Positions 1-10,379 of a stretch of DNA of 64,000 nucleotides are shown in pieces. A program made the translations under genes and the position numbers. The first letter of the stretch is position 1; the number at the start of each line of letters is the position of its first letter. The notes under the pieces were generated by a model. That model did not search any database. It was not told where the DNA came from and was given only the letters and a program-made list of their open reading frames with translations. The DNA lies in NCBI GenBank assembly GCA_963777155.1, contig CAVZPM010000039.1, positions 64,001 to 128,000 on the forward strand, in the 5' to 3' direction. Source of the DNA: Candidatus Bathyarchaeota archaeon. GTDB lineage: Archaea; Thermoproteota; Bathyarchaeia; Bathyarchaeales; Bathycorpusculaceae.

Positions 1-183
1 TTTCAGCGTTTTCAGAAGACATTATTTCACTAACCTTCTGGGCTTGACGTTTCTTTTTGATATAAACATTTAGCGGTCAAGCTATATTTTTTATGATGTT
101 TGCTGTAGCTAAACTAAAAAGTAGAACTGCGTTAAAAAACCTTATAGCTAATTACAAATAGCTTCTCTATTGCATGTGAGACT

Positions 184-882
184 TTGGTAGCTAACAGAAA
201 GGCGGTTTGGGCGGTGATCATCTTGGTGCTGTTTTGTCTCTTGGCAAACCCACAGTTTTGCGCCATTACACAAGCTCAAACCCAAACGGCTTTCACCACC
301 GCAGATGAATTCAGCATTCCCCAATACAACAGTTCCATAAGGTTTGCCCTAAACGGCTCCTATTCAGCAGCGACGCTGGAAAACGGGTTCTGGACTTTTA
401 AGAATTTAACGCTGTTTTCTCAAAATCTTAGTTTCTTGGGACTCAACGCCACGCAGGGTTCGGGAGAGCTAAAAATATCGGCTAAAAACTCTAATGTTAC
501 TGTCTGGACTTACATTTCTGTAAATTACTCTTTTCCAGTTGATTTACTAAGTTACTATGCAGAGGGCACAGGCAATCAGACCGTAAATCTGGGGTTGAAT
601 GCTTCTCGATCTTCAAGTGATGAGTGGAGTGTTATCGTTGCGGACAGCGTTTTTTTGCCTCTTGGTCAAAATTGGCGCCTTTTGCCTGACGACTCAGTAC
701 TTGTGTGGGACAAGACGGGTAACGTGACTGTTGCTCATTTTAGCTTCAATAATGAATACAAAAATTTGTCTTTCTTTCTTCAGCACTACGTTGGCATATT
801 TACTGTATTACTGTTAGCATTCGTTATTCTTGTGGCAGTTGTAATTAGGGTTCGAGCAAAAAAATTAACAAAGAACCGTTAA
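184..882 (+). CDS. Hypothetical secreted protein with C-terminal membrane anchor
   Basis: N-terminal signal-like hydrophobic stretch, many N-x-S/T sequons, C-terminal TM helix followed by basic tail (RVRAKKLTKNR). Confidence 0.7.
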   Translation: MVANRKAVWAVIILVLFCLLANPQFCAITQAQTQTAFTTADEFSIPQYNSSIRFALNGSYSAATLENGFWTFKNLTLFSQNLSFLGLNATQGSGELKISAKNSNVTVWTYISVNYSFPVDLLSYYAEGTGNQTVNLGLNASRSSSDEWSVIVADSVFLPLGQNWRLLPDDSVLVWDKTGNVTVAHFSFNNEYKNLSFFLQHYVGIFTVLLLAFVILVAVVIRVRAKKLTKNR

Positions 883-959
883 CATCTGTTAGAGTCTTAA
901 CCAGTTGACCTATTTCTATTCATGCAAGCGCAAGGATAATATAGAGAATCACTGAAATT

Positions 960-2142
960 GTGTGTGCACTGAAGGTGCGCGTTGCTATTAAAAGCAAAAT
1001 CAGTACAATTGGATATGTTAACAAAATCCAAGAAAACATTATGGCTATCAAAAAAAGAGAACTTGCACCCCTCTATGAGGAGCTGAAGGCGGCGGACTGT
1101 GTTATCTGCGGAGGGTCAGGACGATCTCTCTACTCATTAAATGCTGCTATGAGCCAGATAGCATTAAGCCAAGCAGGTTGGCGAAATAAAGTTGTCTTAA
1201 CACCTGACGATCCTGGGTTTCCAGGTAAAAGTATGTACGACGCCGCAGCCTACTTGGGACGTCGCTACAAAAAAATCCTGCTTCTAATGAACTCAGGCAG
1301 TGGCTACAGCGACGACCCACTTGTCATGGCACAAGACCTAGCCCAATATATCGAAGAGAAGAAATCCACCCATTTCTCCATGGGGCTCTTAACATCTGCG
1401 GTGGACTCTCCTTTAGCGGAAATAACCGCCAAATACGGCCAAGTTGTTCAACTTAAAGGACGCGGCAAATCCAAACCCGGTCAAGAATACGCTGAAACCG
1501 GAATGATGGGCGACATCTTTGAACTTGGTACACTTGAACTTCTCAATAGTATGATCGAAGCTATATTCTGTAACCTTGAAGTCGGCGACGTCTTCCGTCT
1601 CTGTGAAGAAGAATTCGAGAAAGTCGGCGACATGATAGACGCAAACGTCAACTCAGAAACCTACGCTCAACTCGTAGACATCATGGAGAAACGGACTAAC
1701 GTGTTCCTAGGTGGGAAAGGCACAGGAAACGAAATCGCCAAAATGACAGGAGTAAGACTTTTCCACATCAAAAGCTTCCTCGGAGACAACGTATACATCA
1801 CAAGAGGCGTTAACACTCCCCATCCAAGAGCGGGCGACCTCGAGATTTTGCTATCGTTCTCAGGTGAAACCCGTCCAGTCATCATATGGGCGGATGTACT
1901 GAAAAAATTCGGCGGGAACTGTCTTCGCCATAACTGGCAACAAAGACTCCACACTCGCCAAGAAAGCTGACCTCAAAATCATTTTGCCTGAAGAAGTCAA
2001 GCCATCTACGCCAAGACGTTTCTATACTAGAGCCGCATACGTGCTAAGCCCGTTGCCAGTGAAACTTGCGGAAAGGCTAGGCGAACGAGGACTTAATCTG
2101 CCAGAATACATTATCAGCTGGTACCACTCCGTAACCCAATAA
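960..2142 (+). CDS. Tandem SIS-domain sugar-phosphate isomerase-like protein (PHI-like), frameshifted near 1915
   Basis: Two SIS motif sets (CGGSGRS...NSGSG; LGGKGTG...LSFSGET). After ggcgggaact another frame continues GTVFAITGNKDSTLAKKADLKIILP...SVTQ* to TAA at 2140-2142. True start uncertain (ATG 1041 possible). Confidence 0.7.
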
Positions 2143-2161
2143 TCGCTCAAGAAGCCGAAGT

Positions 2162-3595
2162 TTACGAGTTCCTTAGCCAAAAGGGCTTGCCGAACAAGAA
2201 ATCAGTGAGGAACTCTGCAAACTCTCCATTTTTATTATAAACTTCTATCACTTCGTTGTTAATGAGTACTCTGAAATTTTCACTGATTGTTTTTGCAATC
2301 AAATCAGCGATGCCGCTGTTTTTGCCTCCATCCACCAGCTTTTCTCTTAGAAGCGTAGCGGCATCGGTGGTTTTTCGTGGCAACTCAACTATCCAGCGTC
2401 CGTCTTCTATGTAAGGACCAGAAATTACCTGTTTACTTTTTGTATATTTAGTTAGATACTTTTCGCATTCAGCTTCCCGATCCAACGGCGGACCTAAATG
2501 CTTTTTGATGTCAGGCAGCACCTGCGCCTCAAGCTCAAAGACAAAGACGCTGAGGGTTTTCTCGTTGCTCCAGACATCGTCTTTAAGGACATTGTAATCG
2601 TTAAGCTCAAGAAGCGTGCGCAACGAACGCTTTGACCTATAGAGTTGCCCCCACAAAACATCAGGGACAGCCTTTAACTCACCTATGACCAAAAAAATGA
2701 TAGATGAGCTACGGCTGGTCAATTGACTCTTCAATGTCTCAGGTGACAAAACCATTGGGTTGGGCGGGTAGAAGAAGTCTTGGCTTGGTTTTTTCAGAAA
2801 TGCTCTTGATGCGCCGATAAAAGTGTAGAGTTTTTGGGGCTGCACTGCAGATGCCACGTTTCTTCCTTTGTCAACAGGGTCAACGATAACCAGAGGTTCG
2901 GGAAAGAGCAGTGAGAGTTCTTTTATTCTATCTGCATAAAAGCCCCCCAGGTCAATTACGACTCGCCGATTGTAACGGGCGAAGGCACGCACAGTTTCGG
3001 TGAAAGATCCAAACTTCATAATCAGAAGCTCGCAGAGGTAACCGCTAAAACCTCCAACCTTAATCTCTGCGCCATAGACATTTATGCCCTGCATGAACTT
3101 TTTGAGAAGCCTAACCTCGCCCAGCAACTGCTTACCTAAATGGGTTTTGATGTAGTCGGTATGGTAGGGTGTTCGGTCCGTTGCGCTTTGCCACTCTCCT
3201 GGCTTTGCGTCGTAGCAGGGAACAATGTCGACTCGGTGACCCTCTAAGAAGATTTCAAGGTAAGGGTGCTCAGCGAAACGTTCAAGCTGCTCGGCGTCGC
3301 CGGCTGCTTTTTTAGCAATCTTCAGCCCAACATCACCTAAGCTTTTGCGGGGAATAGATTTAGGCAACCGCATGAAAATGTCGATGTCAAGGCTGTCACT
3401 TAACCAAGTGTCCTTTGCAACAGAGCCTTCTACGCGAACGGTGGCTTTTACTCCTTCTTGTTGACAGGCTAAACTGATTTTTTGCTCTAACGCTTTTGTT
3501 AACGCAGTTACTTTGGCGTAGTCGGCTTTTGTAGGAGTTATTTTCTGTAAAACCTGCTTAGTTAGAGATTCTATTTCCTTCTCCATTTGTATCAT
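2162..3595 (-). CDS. cca: Archaeal CCA-adding tRNA nucleotidyltransferase
   Basis: GSVAKDTWL..DIDIF, AEHPY, DIVPCY, ATDRTPYH, GFSGYLCELL motifs of class I CCA enzymes. Confidence 0.96.
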   Translation of the reverse strand: MIQMEKEIESLTKQVLQKITPTKADYAKVTALTKALEQKISLACQQEGVKATVRVEGSVAKDTWLSDSLDIDIFMRLPKSIPRKSLGDVGLKIAKKAAGDAEQLERFAEHPYLEIFLEGHRVDIVPCYDAKPGEWQSATDRTPYHTDYIKTHLGKQLLGEVRLLKKFMQGINVYGAEIKVGGFSGYLCELLIMKFGSFTETVRAFARYNRRVVIDLGGFYADRIKELSLLFPEPLVIVDPVDKGRNVASAVQPQKLYTFIGASRAFLKKPSQDFFYPPNPMVLSPETLKSQLTSRSSSIIFLVIGELKAVPDVLWGQLYRSKRSLRTLLELNDYNVLKDDVWSNEKTLSVFVFELEAQVLPDIKKHLGPPLDREAECEKYLTKYTKSKQVISGPYIEDGRWIVELPRKTTDAATLLREKLVDGGKNSGIADLIAKTISENFRVLINNEVIEVYNKNGEFAEFLTDFLFGKPFWLRNS

Positions 3596-3596
3596 T

Positions 3597-4160
3597 CTAA
3601 GGACAGTATTCTTTGAGTGTTGAGTAAATTGGACCTTTGGGTGAGAGCTGGCTTTTTTTGAGCCGTAGGCAATCTGCTCTTATGATGCCGAAATCATAGT
3701 TCTCTTGTTTCTGAACCAAATCAACCAGCCGTTGTTTGTTGGCGCCTGAGCGGACTCGTGCAATAGTTAGATGCGGCGTAAACCCATTGGGGTCTGGCGC
3801 GAAGCCAAGTTCGTGAATTTGGGGTTCAAGCTGCTCAAAGATGCTTGTCAGCTGTTGTGCGCCGTCTGTTATTCCTGCCCAAACTACCCTTGGATAATTA
3901 AGAGTTGGAAACACACCAAGCCCTGACAGCCTAATGTTGAAAGGGCTAAACTTCACATTCTTCATGACAGCATGGAGTTTCTCTACCATTTCTGGACTGA
4001 TAGCACCAAGAAAACGAAGCGTAATGTGGATGTTAGATGGCTCTACAAGTTTTAGGTCTGCGTTTGTTTGAATCAACAGTTTTTGCGCAGCGGCAAGCCT
4101 GTTTAGTACACTGTCGTTTTTCATATCGAAAGCGATGAAGCTTCTTATTTGCTCAGACAT
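3597..4160 (-). CDS. thpR: RNA 2',3'-cyclic phosphodiesterase (2H phosphoesterase)
   Basis: Two HxT motifs (HITLRFLG, PHLTIAR), RVVWAG; conserved neighbour of cca. Confidence 0.93.
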   Translation of the reverse strand: MSEQIRSFIAFDMKNDSVLNRLAAAQKLLIQTNADLKLVEPSNIHITLRFLGAISPEMVEKLHAVMKNVKFSPFNIRLSGLGVFPTLNYPRVVWAGITDGAQQLTSIFEQLEPQIHELGFAPDPNGFTPHLTIARVRSGANKQRLVDLVQKQENYDFGIIRADCLRLKKSQLSPKGPIYSTLKEYCP

Positions 4161-4252
4161 TAATTGTTCCTTCTAGTATTTTTAACACATAACCCTCATA
4201 AATGCTTTTTAATCAAGGATGCTGCTATACAACCAAAAAAGGGTAAGTTAAC

Positions 4253-4816
4253 GTGGACACTGACAAACTTGTTATTGGTTTAGCGGGGATGCCTGGCTCA
4301 GGTAAATCCATCGTAGTCGATGTGGCACATGAGATGGGTTATGCCATTGTAGTTATGGGTGATGTGATTAGACAAGAGACACTCAAACGTGGCTTGGAGT
4401 TAACACCCCAAAATGTGGGAAGCGTCATGCTTGAACTAAGAAAGGAAAGTGGGAACTATGTTATCGCTCAAAAATGTGTTCCGAAAATTGAAGAACAGCG
4501 CAGTCTAAAAGTTCTTGTTGACGGGTTAAGAAGCCTTTTCGAAGTAGATATCTTCAAGGAGCACTTTGCTAAATTCAGCTTAGTAGCAGTTCATGCATCT
4601 CCCCAAACACGTTTTAGTCGTCTATCCAACCGACGTCGAAGCGACGATCCAGCTGAATGGAAAGTCTTCCAGGAACGAGATATGCGCGAGCTTGGAGTTG
4701 GTTTGGGAAATGTTATAGCAATGGCTGAACACGTGATAGTGAACGATAATAGCTTCGAGCATGTTAAAGCTAAGGTTAAGGAATCTTTGGAAAGGATTGA
4801 GGGGAAATGGAAATAA
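4253..4816 (+). CDS. P-loop nucleotide kinase, UPF0200 / dephospho-CoA-kinase-like
   Basis: Walker A GMPGSGKS, MGDVIR, VDGLRS, R.DD...F.ERD.REL motifs. Confidence 0.85.
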   Translation: MDTDKLVIGLAGMPGSGKSIVVDVAHEMGYAIVVMGDVIRQETLKRGLELTPQNVGSVMLELRKESGNYVIAQKCVPKIEEQRSLKVLVDGLRSLFEVDIFKEHFAKFSLVAVHASPQTRFSRLSNRRRSDDPAEWKVFQERDMRELGVGLGNVIAMAEHVIVNDNSFEHVKAKVKESLERIEGKWK

Positions 4817-5212
4817 CAGTTTTTGCTCAAACCGAAATCTACCCGACAGAAAGCGAAGACAACGTTAAGGTAGCAGTCAATAATGTTTTGGACAATGTAA
4901 CGCATGACCGTCAAACCCTCGGTTAAAGGTAGTTCCTTAATTGCGACTGCAAAAGGTCAAGATTCTCTAATAAAACTTCGTAACATGTTCCATAACGACC
5001 GAATCCGTGATGCAGCAAGAAGACTACTTTTCAAATCAATCAGAGGCAACATGGTGTCTTTCTGTTTAAACAAGCAGGTAGCGTTTGCAGGGCATGTGTC
5101 CTTTTCTGAAGAGACAGCGGAGTCACCTTTGGGACCTATAAAGATAGATATTGAAGCAGAGCATCCCCAGCAACTAGTCGAGTGGCTGGCAGAAAAAACT
5201 AGAGAAGGATAA
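4807..5212 (+). CDS. UPF0201/DUF54 RNA-binding-fold protein, frameshifted near 4900
   Basis: ATG 4807 gives MEITVFAQTEIYPTESEDNVKVAV; C-terminal part in next frame has LNKQVAFAG..SPLGPI motif. Confidence 0.8.
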
Positions 5213-5215
5213 GGT

Positions 5216-6235
5216 TTGGCGGAAAGGGCATTGGTTACTAAGAGTGGCGCTGTTTTGTTAGGTGACAATGTCGCCTGTGATGCACATGACCCTTCAAGAC
5301 CTCTACGGGTTGTGACACATGCACATGCTGATCACCTTAACGGTTTACGAAGCAGTTTGAAGCGTTGTGAGAAGGTTTTGATGACAAAAGCCACCCGTGA
5401 CCTTACAGAAACCCTCAACGGCTCGCTTAAACTCAAAGATACCCCCTCAGTTAAGACCTTAGAATACGGGAAAGTTCTCAAATACGGCGGCGAAAAAATC
5501 AGCCTCCTAAAAGCTGACCACATTTTGGGTGCATGCCAGGTGTTAGTTGAGGATGCTGGTGGAATACGTATTGTTTGGACTGGCGATTTTAGGCTTGAAG
5601 GCACCCCAGTTGTGGACTGCGACGTGTTAGTGGTTGAAGCTACTTATGGAAATCCCTCTTGTCGACGGAACTTTAGAGTTGACGTACGCGAGCTTTTGGT
5701 TTCTATGATTGAGAAGCGCTTGCGCGGCGGCGCCGTCTATGTTTTCGGTTACCATGGTAAACTCCAAGAAATCATGCAGCTTCTCAGAAATGCGGATGTT
5801 GCGGTTCCTTTTGTTATGCCTGAAAGAGTTTATGAGGTTACTAAGGTCTGCGAGAAACATGGGATGAATTTGGGTTGCCTCTCGCTTTCCACCGACAAGG
5901 AGGGGCATGAACTGCTCGACGATAACTTGCCCTGTGTAGCATTCTATCACATGAATCAACGTCAGCACGTGGGATTGCGTAACGCTCGGATTTGTGTGAG
6001 CGGCTGGGAGTTTCATTCGCCCTGCAGGCAAATCGGTGACCGAGAACATTTAGTGGCGCTTAGTGACCACTCAGACTTTGACGGATTAATCGAGTATGTA
6101 AGGCGCTCTGGGGCAAAGCAAGTTATTACTGACAATTACAGGAGCAACGGAGACGCTTTAGCAAAGGAAATCAACAAGCGCTTAGGCGTCTGCGCGGTTG
6201 CCATGCCCAGAACTAACGGTCAAACTACCCTGTAA
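5216..6235 (+). CDS. MBL-fold (beta-CASP-type) nuclease
   Basis: THAHADH, ADHILG, TGDF, EATYG, SDHSDF motifs. Confidence 0.85.
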   Translation: MAERALVTKSGAVLLGDNVACDAHDPSRPLRVVTHAHADHLNGLRSSLKRCEKVLMTKATRDLTETLNGSLKLKDTPSVKTLEYGKVLKYGGEKISLLKADHILGACQVLVEDAGGIRIVWTGDFRLEGTPVVDCDVLVVEATYGNPSCRRNFRVDVRELLVSMIEKRLRGGAVYVFGYHGKLQEIMQLLRNADVAVPFVMPERVYEVTKVCEKHGMNLGCLSLSTDKEGHELLDDNLPCVAFYHMNQRQHVGLRNARICVSGWEFHSPCRQIGDREHLVALSDHSDFDGLIEYVRRSGAKQVITDNYRSNGDALAKEINKRLGVCAVAMPRTNGQTTL

Positions 6236-6312
6236 GCATAATGTTTTGGGGTAAGGGTTGGTTAAAGTTTAAAAGCAGAAAACCAGACACTCACATGCTA
6301 AGTGACAGAAAC

Positions 6313-7584
6313 ATGGCTAAGTCATCAGTAATTTCAGGCTTCTATAAGCTTCCGCCGAAAGAGCGGCTCGCGATCATTAAAGATTTTGCAGGATTAACCG
6401 AGGATGAAGTTCGTTTATTAGAAAATACCGGTTCTTTGCCTATCGATGTGGCTGACCACATGGTTGAAAACGTCATCGGCGTCTTCCCTGAACCAATGGG
6501 GATAGGAGTTAACTTCCAAATCAACGGAAAAGATTACCTCATCCCGATGGCTACCGAAGAGCCAAGTGTAATTGCAGCCGCCAGCTACGCCGCTAAAATG
6601 GTTCGTGACGGTGGAGGATTCCACACAAGTAGCACAGCGCCTGTGATGATTGGGCAAATCCAAGTGGTAAAAATCAAAGATGCTGAAACAGCAAAAAAAC
6701 AGGTCTTAGGTGCCAAAGTTGATATTCTCAAAAAAGCAAACGATCAAGACCCCGTCCTTAACTCGTTTGGTGGCGGAGCTAAAGACCTCGACGCCCGAGT
6801 CATCGAAACTACGATGGGGCAAATGCTAATCGTGCACTTGTTTGTTGACTGCCGAGATGCTATGGGTGCCAACGCTGTTAACACGATGGCTGAAGCGGTG
6901 TCTCCGATGATTGAGCAGCTTACCGGCGGACAAGTTTACCTGCGAATCATATCTAACTTGGCTGTTAAACGTCTTGCCAAAGCATGGTGTACCGTTCCCA
7001 AAGAAGCCGTTGGTGGGGAAACAGTCGTAGATGGAATCGCTTATGCATCTGCTTTCGCAGCAGCTGACCCATACCGAGCGGCTACCCACAACAAGGGAGC
7101 TATGAACGGCATAATCGCCGTTGTCTTAGCTACAGGCAACGATCACCGAGCCATCGAGGCAGGCGGACACGCTTACGCAGCGTTCAACGGACCCTACACC
7201 TCCTTCTCGAAATGGGTAAAGAATAAAAACGGCGACTTAGAAGGCTCAATCGAGTTGCCGATGGCTGTCGGGTTAATCGGAGGAGCAGTTAAAACCCACC
7301 CAATCGCACGCATCGCCATGAAAATTCTAAACGTGAAGTCCGCCAACGAATTCGGTGAAGTCCTCGCTGCTGTGGGTTTAGCCCAGAACTTGGCTGCACT
7401 TCGTGCACTGTCAAGTGAAGGCATTCAACGTGGTCACATGTCCCTCCACGCAAGAAACATCGCGGTAACAGCAGGCGCCAAAGACGCAATGATCGATTTA
7501 GTGGCGGAGCGGATGGTTAAGGAACGCAGAGTCCGCGTGGACCGAGCTAAAGAAATCCTTGATGAACTATGTACAAAACAATAA
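6313..7584 (+). CDS. mvaA: Class II HMG-CoA reductase
   Basis: ENVIG, PMATEEPSVIAA, DAMGAN, RAATHNKG, GIQRGHMSLHA; start set at ATG 6313. Confidence 0.95.
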   Translation: MAKSSVISGFYKLPPKERLAIIKDFAGLTEDEVRLLENTGSLPIDVADHMVENVIGVFPEPMGIGVNFQINGKDYLIPMATEEPSVIAAASYAAKMVRDGGGFHTSSTAPVMIGQIQVVKIKDAETAKKQVLGAKVDILKKANDQDPVLNSFGGGAKDLDARVIETTMGQMLIVHLFVDCRDAMGANAVNTMAEAVSPMIEQLTGGQVYLRIISNLAVKRLAKAWCTVPKEAVGGETVVDGIAYASAFAAADPYRAATHNKGAMNGIIAVVLATGNDHRAIEAGGHAYAAFNGPYTSFSKWVKNKNGDLEGSIELPMAVGLIGGAVKTHPIARIAMKILNVKSANEFGEVLAAVGLAQNLAALRALSSEGIQRGHMSLHARNIAVTAGAKDAMIDLVAERMVKERRVRVDRAKEILDELCTKQ

Positions 7585-7713
7585 TGACTACTCTGCCTTT
7601 AACTATTAGCGCAATTGCAAAAATGTGTGTGCACTAAAAATTAATTAGGAAGCTGATTTTCTTAAAGATGGAATAAACACTAAGAAAGACAGAAAATGAA
7701 GAAAAATGATAAT

Positions 7714-8409
7714 TTATTCTAGTATTATTCGTGCGTCGACTGTTTTTGCGCCTTTAGAGTAAGCCATGATTGGGTTTAGGTCGAGTTCCTTGATTTCGGG
7801 GTAATCCATGATTAGATGTGATGTATTGCATAGTATGGCGACTAGGGCATCGATATCTGCTGGCGGCGTGTTTCTGTATCCATTGAGAAGCGGATAAGCC
7901 TTAAGTTGCATTATCATTTCTTTCGCGTCATCGGCAGTTAGTGGGGCAACGCGGAAGTTCACATCTTTTAAGAGCTCAACAAAAATGCCGCCGAGGCCAA
8001 ACATGACGGTTTGCCCAAACTGCGGATCCTTGACCGCTCCCACGATAACCTCTGTTGACTGAGGCGCCATCTCTGCCACCAAGACGCCTACAATTTTTGC
8101 GTCCGCTTTGTACTTGGCTGCGTTCTCGATGATTTTTTTGTAGCCTGCGGCGACGTCGGCGGCGGTTTTGAGGTTAACGATGACTCCGCCAGCTTCGGTT
8201 TTGTGGATGATGTCTGGGGAAACAATTTTTAAAACGACGGGGTAGCCGATCTGGTCTGCTTGTGCTGCGGCTTCTTTGTCGCTTTTTGCGAGCATAAATT
8301 TGGTGACTGGGATGCCGTATTCGGCGCAGATGGTTTTGGCTTCGGTTTCTAAGAGTGCTTTTCTGCCTTCTTTTTTGGCTTGGTTGATGATTTTTTGGGT
8401 TTGATTCAC
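7714..8409 (-). CDS. acdB: ADP-forming acetate/acyl-CoA synthetase beta subunit (ATP-grasp)
   Basis: GYPVVLKIVSPDIIHKTEAGGV, DPQFG, FGLGGIFVE, ELDLNP. Confidence 0.92.
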   Translation of the reverse strand: MNQTQKIINQAKKEGRKALLETEAKTICAEYGIPVTKFMLAKSDKEAAAQADQIGYPVVLKIVSPDIIHKTEAGGVIVNLKTAADVAAGYKKIIENAAKYKADAKIVGVLVAEMAPQSTEVIVGAVKDPQFGQTVMFGLGGIFVELLKDVNFRVAPLTADDAKEMIMQLKAYPLLNGYRNTPPADIDALVAILCNTSHLIMDYPEIKELDLNPIMAYSKGAKTVDARIILE

Positions 8410-8585
8410 GGGTTATTCTTCCTTTGCCGTATGTATGTGGTGTTTTGGGGGATTAAAAATGGTTTTGTTTGTAGGTTATTTTTGTTTGACTTGTGTATGT
8501 GTCGAACAGATTGACAATACTGTTTAGTGAGACATAATATTTAATAGCGATTGGAAGCCCAAAATACAAGTTAAAGGGCCCAACA

Positions 8586-10379
8586 ATGTCAAAACTCAAC
8601 CTCAAACAATCAATCAAAGAATCAATAGCTAAAACAATTACCAAACTAAAACGATCCAGTAAAGCTGACAAAAGCCCCCAAAAATCAAAAATAAACAAAA
8701 AAAGCTTCCTGGCAAACGCCACAGCACGTATAAAAAACATAAAACTCCCTAAAATAAAACTTAAAATTCCAAAAATAAACCTTAAGATTCCAAAAATAAA
8801 ACTTAAACTCAACCTAAATCTTAAAAAGAAAAAAGCCGAACCAGAACCAATCCCCATAGCCAAAACGCTTCAAAAAGGCATAAAAATCATTGACAAATAC
8901 TCACTTTATGAACCATTCGCCCAGGTAGCAATAGTCCAAGACCCCAAAACGGGCGAACACAAATATATTCTCGATGAGCTCCAGCTTGACCCAATGGAAC
9001 GCGGAATATACAACCGCATCCTAGAAATCTTGCTGGCTGAAATCGAATCCCCAAAAGAGGAAATAGCTGACCCCAGAAAGTTTTTCGCTGAAGAAGCCAA
9101 AAAAATCGTCGATAAATACCGAATCAGCCTCGGTTGGCTTCCTGATGTTTCTTGGTACAAAATTCTCTATCATGCTGAACGCGATTTAGTCGGTTTTGGT
9201 AAAATCGATCCGTTAATGAGGGACCCCAACATTGAAGACATTTCCTGCGACGGAGTAAACAAACCCGTTTACATTTGGCACCGCGTCTTCGAAAGCATAG
9301 AAACTAACCTGCAGTTTGAAAGTGACGAGGACCTAGATAATCTGGTCGTCAAACTGGTTCACATGGCAGGCAAACATGTCAGTAGCGCCTTCCCTATCGT
9401 TGACGCTTCGCTTCCAGGAAAACACCGCTTAGCAGTAGCTTACAGACGGGAAATTACGCCATTTGGCACTGCCTATACCATCCGAAAATTCCGCGAAGAC
9501 CCCTACTCAATAATTGACCTAATCAACATCGGCACCTTCACCGAAGAAATGGCAGCTTACCTTTGGATTTGCCTAGAAAACCGCGCCTCTGTCATGGTTC
9601 TAGGAGGAACCGCAGCGGGCAAAACAACCGCGCTAAACGCTTTGGGCTGCCTGATTAAGCCAGGTAGCAAGATTATGACTATCGAAGAAACCGCTGAACT
9701 TAACTTGTCCCATGAAAACTGGGTCTCACTCATCGCGAGACAAAGTTACGGCTTAGGTGGAAGCAGTGTCGGAGAAGTTGCATTATTTGACTTGGTAAAG
9801 ACATGCATGAGACATCGCCCTGACTTGATGATTGTAGGCGAAGTCCGAGGCCAAGAAGCATACGTCTTATTCCAGGCTCTAGCCACAGGTCACGGTGGCA
9901 TGTGTACAATGCACGCTGAAAACGTTCAGTCAGCAATCAGGCGTCTCACTCAAAAGCCCATGGACATTTCGCCAGCGTATATCCCGTTAATGAACATAGT
10001 CATGTCCGTTCAACGTGTTCACTTAGTAAAGAATGGCGAAAAGAAAGCTTACCGCCGAATACTATCAGTCAACGAAATCATTGATTCCGAAAAATACGTT
10101 AATCCATTCAAGTGGGATCCAATCAAAGACCAGCAGACGGTCGATATAGCTTCCAGCTTCTTGCTCACTAACTATGCAGAGCGCTTAGGAATAACGCGTG
10201 AACAACTTGTTGATGAGTTGAATCGCAGAAGGGATGTGTTGCATTGGATGATAATGAGTAATATACGGAGTTACAAAGAAGTCGCCTCAATCATCGCCGA
10301 ATACTATGCTAGACCAAAAGAGTTCTACCAAAGAACAGTTGAAAGTGAGGAGGCTAAACCAGTTGCCAATGCTAAATAA
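8586..10379 (+). CDS. Type IV pilus/secretion ATPase (FlaI/TadA family) with Lys-rich N-terminal extension
   Basis: DPNIEDISCDG, TIRKF, Walker A GGTAAGKTT, RHRPD..IVGEVRG, TGHGG..TMHAE. Confidence 0.93.
   Translation: MSKLNLKQSIKESIAKTITKLKRSSKADKSPQKSKINKKSFLANATARIKNIKLPKIKLKIPKINLKIPKIKLKLNLNLKKKKAEPEPIPIAKTLQKGIKIIDKYSLYEPFAQVAIVQDPKTGEHKYILDELQLDPMERGIYNRILEILLAEIESPKEEIADPRKFFAEEAKKIVDKYRISLGWLPDVSWYKILYHAERDLVGFGKIDPLMRDPNIEDISCDGVNKPVYIWHRVFESIETNLQFESDEDLDNLVVKLVHMAGKHVSSAFPIVDASLPGKHRLAVAYRREITPFGTAYTIRKFREDPYSIIDLINIGTFTEEMAAYLWICLENRASVMVLGGTAAGKTTALNALGCLIKPGSKIMTIEETAELNLSHENWVSLIARQSYGLGGSSVGEVALFDLVKTCMRHRPDLMIVGEVRGQEAYVLFQALATGHGGMCTMHAENVQSAIRRLTQKPMDISPAYIPLMNIVMSVQRVHLVKNGEKKAYRRILSVNEIIDSEKYVNPFKWDPIKDQQTVDIASSFLLTNYAERLGITREQLVDELNRRRDVLHWMIMSNIRSYKEVASIIAEYYARPKEFYQRTVESEEAKPVANAK
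8748..8810 (+). repeat. 3 x 21-bp imperfect coding tandem repeat (PKIKLKI / PKINLKI / PKIKLKL)
   Basis: cctaaaataaaacttaaaatt, ccaaaaataaaccttaagatt, ccaaaaataaaacttaaactc read directly. Confidence 0.85.

Noticed and set aside
8453-8863. Phe/Leu-rich 136-aa minus-strand ORF resembling a membrane protein
   Set aside because: Antisense shadow of the A-rich Lys-coding ATPase N-terminus
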